A stretch of 25,903 bases of DNA, taken from contig JBBIOR010000008.1 in assembly GCA_037443265.1 (NCBI GenBank), positions 47,196 through 73,098 of the forward strand, read 5' to 3'. The notes below the pieces were generated by a model, which saw only the letters and a program-made list of their open reading frames with translations, was not told the DNA's origin and did not search any database. Below are positions 16,081 to 25,903 of this stretch, piece by piece. Positions within the stretch are counted from its first letter, which is position 1, and every line of letters starts with the position of its first letter. The translations under genes and the position numbers were made by a program. Source of the stretch: Candidatus Fraserbacteria bacterium. Lineage in GTDB: Bacteria > Bipolaricaulota > Bipolaricaulia > RBG-16-55-9.

Positions 16081-17715
16081 TCAGCCGATCCACTCTTTGG
16101 GCGTGGTGTGATAATCCACCTCGTCCACGCGGATGTCGGCCACCTCCTCCGGGCTGAGTGCGATCTCCCGGAAGGCTTCCCCGTCGTAGCGGAGCAACAC
16201 GCCCTGCTCTTCGGTCACGGCCGTAAGCGGCCGCTCGGGATGGATGCGATTGCGGGTGGGATCGGGATCTCTTACCTTGCGGCGGACGATCGTTTTAAGA
16301 TTGACCGGCCGGCCCCACATGGCGTATATGTTTTTAAGAACAGACTTGGCATCCTCCCAGTGGAGCCCGATGCCGTTCCACTCATGGATTAAGAGCAATT
16401 CGCCTTTGTTATCGAAGTTGCCCGTGACGACTTTGATCGTGGGCTTACCCAAATTCGTGTATTTGAGCAGGAGTTTCTTCTTGACATCCGCGAAGTCCCG
16501 CGACGTGATGTGATACGCGCCCGTCTCGGGAATGTACTCGAAGGCGAAGAGATTCAATTTCTCAAATAAATCTTCCGTGAAAAACTCGTCGATGAAGGTG
16601 ATGTCATTGTAGGTGCGCTGGACCTCGAAGATCTTCTGGGTGCCCAGGCCCACTTGGGTGTCCCACTGCTCCTTCTTTTCTCGATCTTTACAGAGCTCCC
16701 ACGCGCGGCCGAATCGACCCTTGTCCCAGCGCTCTTTGATGTTCTCCCAGATGAGCCTTCCCAGGCGATAGGGGTTCAGCGGACTGCCGCTGAGCACCTT
16801 GCTCATCATGTCCGCATGGTCGAGAAATTCATTGGGGCTGGCAAACTCAGCCATGATCTTCGACTCCCAGAACGAGGCCCAGCCTTCGTTCATGACCTTC
16901 GTCTGGAGCTGTGGCACAAAGTAATATGATTCCTCGCGGATCATCGCGAGAATGTCCTTCTGCCAATCCTCCAGACGGCCAAATCTCATCAGAAACTGGA
17001 GGAGATCTTTCTGAGGCCGATCCAGTTCGCAGGCCTCCCGGAGCTTGGTACGTTCCAGTTCCTCCAACAGTCGCCTGCGGCGCTCTTCGACCCACTCCGG
17101 CGGATTCAGAAACCGATCCATGTAGTCCCGTTTGACGGGGATGCGTGCGACGTCTCCCAAGCGCTCCTCCTCACTCTCCTTGCGCTCTCTCTGCCAGCGG
17201 CGCTTGATGAACGGCGCGTGGGAGTCGATGTTGTATTGAAGGCTCAACGCCTTGTCGATGAACGACTCGACCTTCTCGACGCCGTGCCGGTCCATGTAGC
17301 ACTCGACCCGCTCGGCGTGGTTTTGCATCACTTTGATCATGTCTCGATTGGTCTTGCTGAACCAGCGATTGTGCTTGAAGAAATCGACGTGCGCGTAGAC
17401 GTGGATCATCACGGCTTTTGTCTCTACCACCGTGTTGCTGGCCCTCAGATACGCGATCGCAGGCTGAGTATTGAGCACCAGCTCATACGTCCACCAGCCG
17501 GAGTAGGCGCTCCTTTTGCGAAAATAATCATAGGCCATGCCGAACTGCCAGTGGGGGTAGCGCGCGGGGAAGCCATCATACGCCGAGAGCTCATTGAGTT
17601 GATCGTAATCGACCACTCCAAAGACGACTTCCCACGGGTCAAGACCCGCCGCCTCGGCCAAGCGCCTGGCCTCACGTCTTATTTCTTCCAGCTCCGTAAC
17701 ACTGAGGGGGTTCAT
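16081..17715 (-). CDS. spoVR: SpoVR/YcgB family protein
   Basis: GFPARYPHWQFG, YELVLN, HVYAHVDFFKHN, YYFVPQLQTKVMNEGWASFW and NPYRLG motifs; third gene of the prkA triad. Confidence 0.93.
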   Translation of the reverse strand: MNPLSVTELEEIRREARRLAEAAGLDPWEVVFGVVDYDQLNELSAYDGFPARYPHWQFGMAYDYFRKRSAYSGWWTYELVLNTQPAIAYLRASNTVVETKAVMIHVYAHVDFFKHNRWFSKTNRDMIKVMQNHAERVECYMDRHGVEKVESFIDKALSLQYNIDSHAPFIKRRWQRERKESEEERLGDVARIPVKRDYMDRFLNPPEWVEERRRRLLEELERTKLREACELDRPQKDLLQFLMRFGRLEDWQKDILAMIREESYYFVPQLQTKVMNEGWASFWESKIMAEFASPNEFLDHADMMSKVLSGSPLNPYRLGRLIWENIKERWDKGRFGRAWELCKDREKKEQWDTQVGLGTQKIFEVQRTYNDITFIDEFFTEDLFEKLNLFAFEYIPETGAYHITSRDFADVKKKLLLKYTNLGKPTIKVVTGNFDNKGELLLIHEWNGIGLHWEDAKSVLKNIYAMWGRPVNLKTIVRRKVRDPDPTRNRIHPERPLTAVTEEQGVLLRYDGEAFREIALSPEEVADIRVDEVDYHTTPKEWIG

Positions 17716-18866
17716 CAGCGCCCCTTCCCCAGGAAATCTTTGATGGATCTAAGAATATCTTCCCGTCCGGCGATGATCGAGTAGACGAGGCGATCATCCT
17801 CGCTCAGGTGCTCTTGGAGCTTGACCAGGTGCAGTCCCGGCGAGCGGCGGCCCAGCGTCACCTGCCCATAGCAGAAGACATTGCACTTGGGCAAGAGCCT
17901 CTCTTTTAAGAGCGGCACGCAGAAGTTTTCCGAATCCCCAATCCAGTTTTCGCCATCGGAGAAGTGGAACGGGTAGATATTCCAGTGCTGGGGCGGGTAG
18001 CGGCGCTCTATGATCTTATCACAGAGCTCATAGGCGCTGGAGATGCGCGTGCCGCCGCCCGTAGAAAGCTCATAGAACTCGCGCTCGTCCACTTCCTGAG
18101 CCTCGTAGTCGTGCAAGATATACACCCGCTCGACGTTGTCGTAGTGGGTGCGCAGCCAAAGATCAATCCAGTAGTTCTCTTGGCGGATGATCTCCGTCTT
18201 CTCTCCCGACATGGAGCCCGAGGCATCGCGCATAAAGATGATCACGGCGTTTGTCTGGGGCTCCGGTTCAGGTTCGCTGTAGAGATAGCGCTTGTCCTCC
18301 TTGACAGGGGTCACCCAGAACGGCGGGCGCAGCGACGGCGGGATCTGGGCAGACTCCTGCGGTGCGGCGGATCCCGAGTCCCCGATCCACAGCTGTCTCT
18401 TCAAGCCCTCCCGGTAGGCTCGGCGCTTCATGAGCAGCGATTCTGGGCCGACGACCGAGACGTCGGTGTATCGCTCGCCCGCTTCAGAGAAGCGCCGCTG
18501 GCCCTTGGGCTGAATCCGGGGCAGCTCCAGCTCTTCGCCCAAGATCTCCGCTAGCTCGCGAAGCTCAATCTCGACCTCGGGAAAGTGTGCGCCCGGAAAG
18601 CGGCCGGGCTGGCCCCATTGGCGGCCTTCGGGATCGATCTGGACAGGCTCACCCAGCTCGCCGTCGCCGGAGCCGATGCCTCCGGCATCGTGCGGATCGT
18701 AGCGAAATTCTGGAATGCGAATGCTCTTGATGGGGATCTTTACAATATCTTGGCCGCGCTGGCCTAAAATCTCGCCGCTTTCGATCAGCTCCCGAAGGTT
18801 GCGGCGGATCTCCCCGCGGACGATCCGCTTATAGCGCTCTAAGTCTTTTCGGATGCGCTTGCGCAT
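17715..18866 (-). CDS. yeaH: YeaH/YhbH family protein (DUF444, vWA-like)
   Basis: AVIIFMRDASGSM, GGTRISSAY, WNIYPFHFSDGENW; lies between prkA and spoVR. Confidence 0.92.
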   Translation of the reverse strand: MRKRIRKDLERYKRIVRGEIRRNLRELIESGEILGQRGQDIVKIPIKSIRIPEFRYDPHDAGGIGSGDGELGEPVQIDPEGRQWGQPGRFPGAHFPEVEIELRELAEILGEELELPRIQPKGQRRFSEAGERYTDVSVVGPESLLMKRRAYREGLKRQLWIGDSGSAAPQESAQIPPSLRPPFWVTPVKEDKRYLYSEPEPEPQTNAVIIFMRDASGSMSGEKTEIIRQENYWIDLWLRTHYDNVERVYILHDYEAQEVDEREFYELSTGGGTRISSAYELCDKIIERRYPPQHWNIYPFHFSDGENWIGDSENFCVPLLKERLLPKCNVFCYGQVTLGRRSPGLHLVKLQEHLSEDDRLVYSIIAGREDILRSIKDFLGKGR

Positions 18867-18869
18867 CTT

Positions 18870-20975
18870 CTAAGCTCGCTCTCTCCTCTCGAGCTCCGCG
18901 CGGGCGACCTCGGCCCCGGCGTGATCGATCACGTTCTCCGCACAGACATCACAGTAGCCGAACTCGCTCTTGAGCCGCTCGATCCATTCGGCCTTTCTGC
19001 GCTTGTGCTCCGGATCCGTAGATTTATCAGAGACCATGGCCGAGAAGTTGATGTTGTGCTTCTTGTCCTCCCAGAGCTTCTTCTCAATGGCTCTTCTCAA
19101 GCGATCGTTGTCCTCGGGGTTGAAGGACTCGCCCTTCCGGGCTCGCTCCGAGATCCAGTTGGCGATCTCTTGTCGGAAATCGTCCTTCTGGGCTTCTGTG
19201 ATCCCAATCTGCTTCTCGATGGCCCGCATGAACTCCTCATCGGGCTCCTTCTCCTCGCCTGTGTATTTATCCTCGACCTTCTCGTCGTTAAGATACGCCA
19301 GGACGTGATCGAAGTACTTCTGCCCGACTTCTGTGAGCTCTTCGGGGTCGTGAGAGATGGCCCTTCGGACTTCCTCTTGCGAGATTTCAGAGAGCTCGTC
19401 ACGCACGATCTCGATCAGCTCTTTGTACTCTTCGAGGCGACTTTCGTCGATGGCCGAGTGGTGTCTGAGATTATCTTCGAGCATGGCCAGCACCCTATAA
19501 GGGTTGATGCAGCCCTCCTTGTCGTTGACGAGGGCCTTGGAGATCATGTCGATGACGTAGCGGGGACTCACCCCAAAGAAGCCCTCCTCGCGGGCCTCTT
19601 CTTTTAGCTTCTGAAGATCCACGGTGCGATTGGGGATGGATTCCCCATCGTAGAGCTTGGCCTTCTGCAGGAGAGTCACATCGCCGCTGGGCTCTTCCAG
19701 CCGGGTGAGAATGGCCCAGAGCGCGGCCATATCGAGGGTGTGAGGCGCGATGTGTTTGCCGCCTACCCGCGGCCCCTGGAAGAATTTCTCGTAGATCTTG
19801 ACCTCATCCGACCTGCGCAGCACATAGGGGATGTCGATCTTGCGCGTGCGGTCGTTGAAGGCCTCCATCTTCTCGTTGGCCTTGACCCTCTTGTACTCCG
19901 GGTTGTTCGTCCGGCCCAGAATGACCGTGTCGATGTAGATGCGGGGGTTCTTTTTGGGCTTGATGACGTGCTCCTGGGTGGCGTGCAGGAAGTCATAGAG
20001 AAATTCCTCTTGGAGCTTGAGGAGCTCCTCTCCGTCGAAGAGGCCACGGTTGGCTATGCACAGTTCGCCGTCGTAATTGAAGGCTCTGGGGTCAGAGTCC
20101 GAGCCGTAGACCTGCACCAGACGCCAGTTCATGCCACCCGTCAGTTCTTCTTCGTCCTGGTTCTTCTTGTCCTTGGGCTCGAAGGTAGCGATCCCACGCC
20201 GGTCTTGTTCGCTTAAGATCAAGCGCTTGACGGAGACATGCTTGAGGACAGACTCAAGGTCGTCGTCGTAGAGCTTCATGAAGCGATTGAAGTAGAAGCG
20301 GCATTTCGGGCAGAGATCTCCTTCGACCTCGAGTTCATACGGGCCGCCAAACTTTTCCTTGAAGATCTGGTTGAGCTCTTCCAGCAGCTCGCGCCGCTCC
20401 GGCAGGGGGATGAGCCGGAGCGGCTCTTCAAAGATGGGGCAAGGGACGATGCCCATGGGCTCGTCGTCGAAATTGCTCACATCCCATTCATACGTGTAAA
20501 GCCGGCCGTCTTCCGTCTTGGAGTACTCTTCTAGACCTCGGCGCAAGAGTTTCCCAATCGTCGATTTGGCTGTGGCCACCGGCCCGTGTAAGAGAATAAT
20601 TCGATGATCGGGGCCGAGTCCTTTGGCCGCCGCTTCAAAGATGTCGACGAAATTCTTGAGTGCCTCGTCGATGCCGTAGATGGCGTCCTCACCGCCGCTG
20701 AACGGATCGTCGAAGAAGCGGTAGCGAATGAGTTCCTTGCCGTCCCGCTTATAGACCTCCTTGCCATGGCTGATGATCATGTCGTAGAGTCTCTGGTGGG
20801 CGTTGCGGATCAGCCGGGGGTCTTCACGGACCATCTCCAGATACTCTTCAAACCGGATGGTCTTGTACTTGTCCCGTGCCTGCTCGCGCTTGAGTTTCAG
20901 GGCAATCTCGCGGATGGCCTGATACATCACGCGCTCACCTCCACGTCTGGGCTCCTTCCCTTCTCGGTCGACCAT
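18870..20975 (-). CDS. prkA: PrkA/YeaG family AAA+ serine protein kinase
   Basis: RNAHQRLYDMI, LLHGPVATAKST Walker A, SDPRAFNYDGEL..ANRG, HIAPHTL, GVSPRYV; SD AAGGAGG. Confidence 0.94.
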   Translation of the reverse strand: MVDREGKEPRRGGERVMYQAIREIALKLKREQARDKYKTIRFEEYLEMVREDPRLIRNAHQRLYDMIISHGKEVYKRDGKELIRYRFFDDPFSGGEDAIYGIDEALKNFVDIFEAAAKGLGPDHRIILLHGPVATAKSTIGKLLRRGLEEYSKTEDGRLYTYEWDVSNFDDEPMGIVPCPIFEEPLRLIPLPERRELLEELNQIFKEKFGGPYELEVEGDLCPKCRFYFNRFMKLYDDDLESVLKHVSVKRLILSEQDRRGIATFEPKDKKNQDEEELTGGMNWRLVQVYGSDSDPRAFNYDGELCIANRGLFDGEELLKLQEEFLYDFLHATQEHVIKPKKNPRIYIDTVILGRTNNPEYKRVKANEKMEAFNDRTRKIDIPYVLRRSDEVKIYEKFFQGPRVGGKHIAPHTLDMAALWAILTRLEEPSGDVTLLQKAKLYDGESIPNRTVDLQKLKEEAREEGFFGVSPRYVIDMISKALVNDKEGCINPYRVLAMLEDNLRHHSAIDESRLEEYKELIEIVRDELSEISQEEVRRAISHDPEELTEVGQKYFDHVLAYLNDEKVEDKYTGEEKEPDEEFMRAIEKQIGITEAQKDDFRQEIANWISERARKGESFNPEDNDRLRRAIEKKLWEDKKHNINFSAMVSDKSTDPEHKRRKAEWIERLKSEFGYCDVCAENVIDHAGAEVARAELERRERA

Positions 20976-21013
20976 GCCGCCCTCCTTGCTCTGCTCTGGC
21001 TGTTGACGCGTTT

Positions 21014-21022
21014 ATTATAACA
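21014..21022 (-). promoter_or_regulatory. Extended -10 promoter (TGtTATAAT) of the prkA operon
   Basis: Perfect TGnTATAAT on the reverse strand ~40 nt upstream of the prkA ATG; no clear -35. Confidence 0.55.
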
Positions 21023-21162
21023 TCCCTTGCAAGCCGTCCGTCCGCGACTCCTAGCACCGCCACGCCCTTTCGTTGGCGACCTCGACAGCGGACCCTTGTC
21101 CCCTACCGGAAATCATCTACCCGAAGGGCTAGCGAAAGTTTCCCCGCGGCGGACCGCTGACC

Positions 21163-21190
21163 TTGACTTTCCCTCTCGGAGGACTACCAT
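21163..21190 (+). promoter_or_regulatory. sigma70-type promoter of LCP-rsfS (TTGACT-N16-TACCAT)
   Basis: Hexamers 20 nt upstream of the ATG, followed by SD GGAGG. Confidence 0.5.
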
Positions 21191-21210
21191 GACGTCGAGA
21201 GGGGAGGAGT

Positions 21211-22455
21211 ATGAGGAGCAAGCTCTTTTTGTTCGTGATCTTGGCGGTGCTCGTCCTGGGAGGATGGGCCATCGCCTGGTGGTATCAAGACGGCGCGCGC
21301 ATGCGCGTCCCAGGGGCCGACGAGTACGTGTTGATCTTGGGACTAGATGAGGTCGGGGAGGGCCGCCGCAGCGACACGATTCTCATCGCCAAGCTCGAAG
21401 AAGGGGCCGTGAAAGTCCTCTTCATTCCTCGGGATTTACAAGTGAAATTTCCCGACGGCCAGCTGCGCAAGATCAACGCGGCCTATGGACAGGGCGGAGT
21501 CGAGCTGGCCCGCCGGATGGTCTCGGAGCTTTTGGGCTTGCCCATCTATCGCTACGCGGTCGTGAACTATCAGGGCTTCAGGCAACTCATCGATGCCTTG
21601 GGCGGGGTGATGGTCAACCTCGAAAGACCCCTACGCTATAGCGATACGAAGCAGAATCTCAACATCAATCTCGCCGCCGGGACGCAGACGCTTATGGGCG
21701 CACAGGCTCTCGATTTCTGGCGCTATCGCGATGACGTCACAGGAGATCTGGGGCGCATCGGCCGCCAGAGGGAATTTTTGAGGGCCCTGGCGCAGAAGCT
21801 CACACAAGTCCGCGATCCGGCTCAGATCAAGCAGCTAGTCGAGACGACGCTTAAGAACGTTCAGACGAATCTGGCGGCGGTTGACCTCTATCGCGTCGTG
21901 GATCGCCTTAAGAGCTTGAAGCCGGAGGCCTTGAAGACGGCGGTGCTGCCCGGCCAGACTGTCGCCATCGATGGCATAAGCTACTTCCGCGCCGAGCCTG
22001 TGGAGACGGCGGCTCTTGTGGAAGAATTCTTTCACGGCCGTGAGGTCTTGACCAATCGAGACGTAAGAGTCATCGTGCTCAACGGCTACCCGGATGAAGT
22101 GAAACGACAAGGGCTCGCCCGCCGAGCCAGCGAGCGGCTGTCTGCTCAGGGCTTCCAGATTGTGGCCTATTGGAACGCCGATACGTTCGATTACCCGCAG
22201 AGCTTCCTCATCAACATGAGCGGAGATGCTGGGAAGGCCCAGCGCCTGGCCAACGCGCTCAAGGGCCCTGCCCAGATCATGACGCCGGAGGAATTTGTGG
22301 CCTGGACCCAAGAAAGATTCAAAGAAGACCGCCTCTCGATGATCAAGACCCTGCTGCGCACCACGGCCATTCCCCCCGACAACCGCGGCATAGAGTTGAA
22401 CGAGGCCGACGTAGTGCTTATTCTAGGAGATGGATTTTCCACGGGAGGAGAGTAG
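21211..22455 (+). CDS. LCP (LytR-CpsA-Psr) family protein with C-terminal LytR_C domain
   Basis: N-terminal TM, VLILGLD, RSDTIL, IPRD, KINAAY, GDLGRIGRQ; C-terminal VIVLNG...GLA...ADVVLILGDG. Confidence 0.93.
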   Translation: MRSKLFLFVILAVLVLGGWAIAWWYQDGARMRVPGADEYVLILGLDEVGEGRRSDTILIAKLEEGAVKVLFIPRDLQVKFPDGQLRKINAAYGQGGVELARRMVSELLGLPIYRYAVVNYQGFRQLIDALGGVMVNLERPLRYSDTKQNLNINLAAGTQTLMGAQALDFWRYRDDVTGDLGRIGRQREFLRALAQKLTQVRDPAQIKQLVETTLKNVQTNLAAVDLYRVVDRLKSLKPEALKTAVLPGQTVAIDGISYFRAEPVETAALVEEFFHGREVLTNRDVRVIVLNGYPDEVKRQGLARRASERLSAQGFQIVAYWNADTFDYPQSFLINMSGDAGKAQRLANALKGPAQIMTPEEFVAWTQERFKEDRLSMIKTLLRTTAIPPDNRGIELNEADVVLILGDGFSTGGE

Positions 22456-22819
22456 GCTGGCACTGGCGAAGAGCACCACGCAAACGCACGAGATTCTACA
22501 GAAGATCCTGGAGTTGATCGAGGAGAAGAAGGGCCAGCGGACAGTCATTTTAGATCTCTCTGAGGCCCCCTTGGGGACGGATTTCTTTGTCATCACCGAG
22601 GCGGACAACCCCAAGCAGCTGCGCGCGATTGCCGAGAACATCCAAGAGGGGCTAGACAGCGAGCTGTTGGCCGTGGAAGGACTCGACTCTGCCACGTGGA
22701 TTGCGCTCGATTATGGCAATGTGATCGTGCACGTCTTCGAGCGGCGGGCGCGCAGATTCTATGATCTTGAGGGCCTATGGGGCGAGAAGATCTTATATCC
22801 CCGCCAGGATGAGATCTAA
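22430..22819 (+). CDS. rsfS: Ribosome silencing factor RsfS (Iojap/YbeB)
   Basis: EKKG...ILDL, DFFVI, QLRAIA, WIALDYGNVIVHVF, RRFYDLEGLW. Start uncertain (CTG 22457 possible). Confidence 0.95.
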   Translation: MDFPREESRLALAKSTTQTHEILQKILELIEEKKGQRTVILDLSEAPLGTDFFVITEADNPKQLRAIAENIQEGLDSELLAVEGLDSATWIALDYGNVIVHVFERRARRFYDLEGLWGEKILYPRQDEI

Positions 22820-22880
22820 AAGCTCCCTGCGGGGTGCTCGTTGTCCCTTGGCACAGCGAGAGGGTTCCCTGTAAAATCTC

Positions 22881-22909
22881 TTGACAGCCTCTAGTGAGCG
22901 TGTTATACT
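22881..22909 (+). promoter_or_regulatory. Strong sigma70 rRNA promoter TTGACA-N17-TATACT with extended -10 and GC-rich discriminator
   Basis: TTGACA 22881-22886, TG 22901-22902, TATACT 22904-22909, followed by AGCGGGCTGCC. Confidence 0.85.
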
Positions 22910-22932
22910 AGCGGGCTGCCGGTCATTCTCAT

Positions 22933-22976
22933 ATCCCCTTGGGTAGTGGGGATCGTTTGGTCCTTGAAAAGTGAAT
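22933..22976 (+). promoter_or_regulatory. rRNA leader: boxB-like hairpin plus boxA-like element
   Basis: ATCCCC/GGGGAT hairpin (22933-22953), then GGTCCTTGAAAAGTGAAT resembling the boxA/processing-stem sequence found before 23S genes. Confidence 0.55.
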
Positions 22977-22991
22977 AGAGTGGAGTACATC

Positions 22992-25032
<2,041 letters not shown>

Positions 25033-25702
25033 GGTTCGGCTACCGAACGGCCGTTATAAAATCCGGCTATATGCTGGAACAGCTCGCTGTATCCCATGCT
25101 ACCGAGGAGGTGAGAACGCATGGGTGGAGCCAATCAGCAGGAAAGGCTCTCGATGGCCGAAGCGAAGAAGTGGTTCCTTGCAGGATTCATCGAGGGGGAA
25201 GGCAGCCTTTGCGTCTCGATCAAAGAACATCCGACGAGCAAGTTTGGTTACCTTGTTGATCCGGAGTTCTTCCTGTATCAGCACAGGAGTGGCATCAAAT
25301 TGCTCGAGATGGCCAAAGAGCTCTTTGGCACTGGGCGTATCGCGCCAAAGTCGGGCAGCGAAGGCGTTCTAGTCTTCTCCATCGTGAGTCGCCGCAGTCT
25401 TAAAGAGAGGGTGATCCCTTTCTTTGAAAAGTACATGATCTTCTCCACGAAGCGCGATGTGTTTGAGCGCTTCAAGGAGATCGTAGAGGCCATGGAAGAA
25501 CGCAAGGAGCACTTAACCCCTGAGGGGCTGGCACGCATCGTCGAGAAGGCGTATGCGCTGAACCCGGCCAGCAAGGGGAAGGAGCGCAAAAGAACGCTCC
25601 AGGAGGTAGTCGAGAGAATCCTCAGAGGCCGTACGCCGGACACCCCCAGCCGGGGTGAAGATATGGCCCGATCTTCGCGGCGACGCGAAGCCAACAAGAA
25701 TG
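25033..25702 (+). mobile_element. Group I intron (IB-like) at 23S position L1923, 670 nt
   Basis: Splits AACTATAACGGT|CCTAAGGTAGCGA. P1: exon TATAACGGT pairs IGS GCCGTTATA (25050-58) with U.G at the splice site. P3 TCCGGC 25062-67/GCCGGA 25635-40; P4 TGCTGG/TCAGCA; P6a CTCTCGA/TCGAGAG; P7 G(A)GGCCG/TGGCCC; P8 CACCCC/GGGGTG; P9 CTTCGCG-GCGA-CGCGAAG region; terminal G 25702. Confidence 0.96.
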
Positions 25703-25707
25703 CCTAA
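25120..25707 (+). CDS. Single-motif LAGLIDADG homing endonuclease, I-CeuI-like
   Basis: FLAGFIEGEGSL motif, then TSKFG..VDPEF...QH, TGRI..KSGS and VIPF as I recall from I-CeuI; SD GAGGAGGTGA 25104-13. Alternative ATG at 25153. Confidence 0.92.
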   Translation: MGGANQQERLSMAEAKKWFLAGFIEGEGSLCVSIKEHPTSKFGYLVDPEFFLYQHRSGIKLLEMAKELFGTGRIAPKSGSEGVLVFSIVSRRSLKERVIPFFEKYMIFSTKRDVFERFKEIVEAMEERKEHLTPEGLARIVEKAYALNPASKGKERKRTLQEVVERILRGRTPDTPSRGEDMARSSRRREANKNA

Positions 25708-25903
25708 GGTAGCGAAGTTCCTAGTCGGGTAAGTTCCGACGCGCATGAATGGTATAACGACTTGGGCGCTGTCTTAACGAGAGGCTCGGCGAAATTGAAG
25801 CGTCGGTGAAAACGCCGACGACCCGCGGCAGGACGGAAAGACCCCGTGGAGCTTTACTGGAGCTTGGCATTGGGTCTTGGTGGCCGCTGTGTAGGATAGG
25901 TGG
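25703..25903 (+). rRNA. rrl: 23S rRNA, 3' exon (partial, runs off the window)
   Basis: CCTAAGGTAGCGAA...GTCGGGTAAGTTCCGAC...GACGGAAAGACCCCGTGGAGCTTTACT. Confidence 0.97.

Noticed and set aside
16081..20975. spoVR and prkA as evidence of sporulation
   Set aside because: The triad is widespread in non-sporulating bacteria and archaea.
22820..22991. tRNA or 16S remnant before the 23S
   Set aside because: No cloverleaf, T-loop or anti-SD 16S 3' end is visible; the space is taken by promoter and leader.
25033..25702. Archaeal bulge-helix-bulge intron or RNase III IVS as the explanation for the insert
   Set aside because: Group I hallmarks (U.G in P1, P3/P7 pseudoknot, terminal G) are all present.

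Overview
GC-rich bacterial chromosome segment. The gene style (PKD/DUF4384 secreted proteins, GC-rich 23S) suggests a thermophilic lineage such as Bipolaricaulota/Acetothermia, but this is inference only. Left to right: NAD-dependent epimerase and M20 peptidase (-); SDR and a CcdA-like membrane protein (+); a PKD/TolB-propeller lipoprotein (-) divergent from an ECF sigma operon (+). That operon encodes the sigma, an anti-sigma with an extracytoplasmic CBM48-like domain, a secreted protein, a DUF4384-PKD protein, a protein ending in a stand-alone copy of a subtilase propeptide, and a 1160-aa modular S8 protease. Next come prkA/yeaG-yeaH-spoVR and phoH-7TM-HD-small membrane protein (-), then LCP-rsfS (+). 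The window ends in a 23S rRNA gene with its own promoter and no 16S upstream. It is interrupted after U1923 (E. coli numbering) by a 670-nt group I intron encoding an I-CeuI-like LAGLIDADG endonuclease. That ORF starts inside the ribozyme (P5), reads through the catalytic core and stops only in the 3' rRNA exon. Best novelty candidates are this intron/endonuclease architecture and the ECF-CBM48 protease module with its shared unnamed C-terminal domain and free propeptide paralogue.
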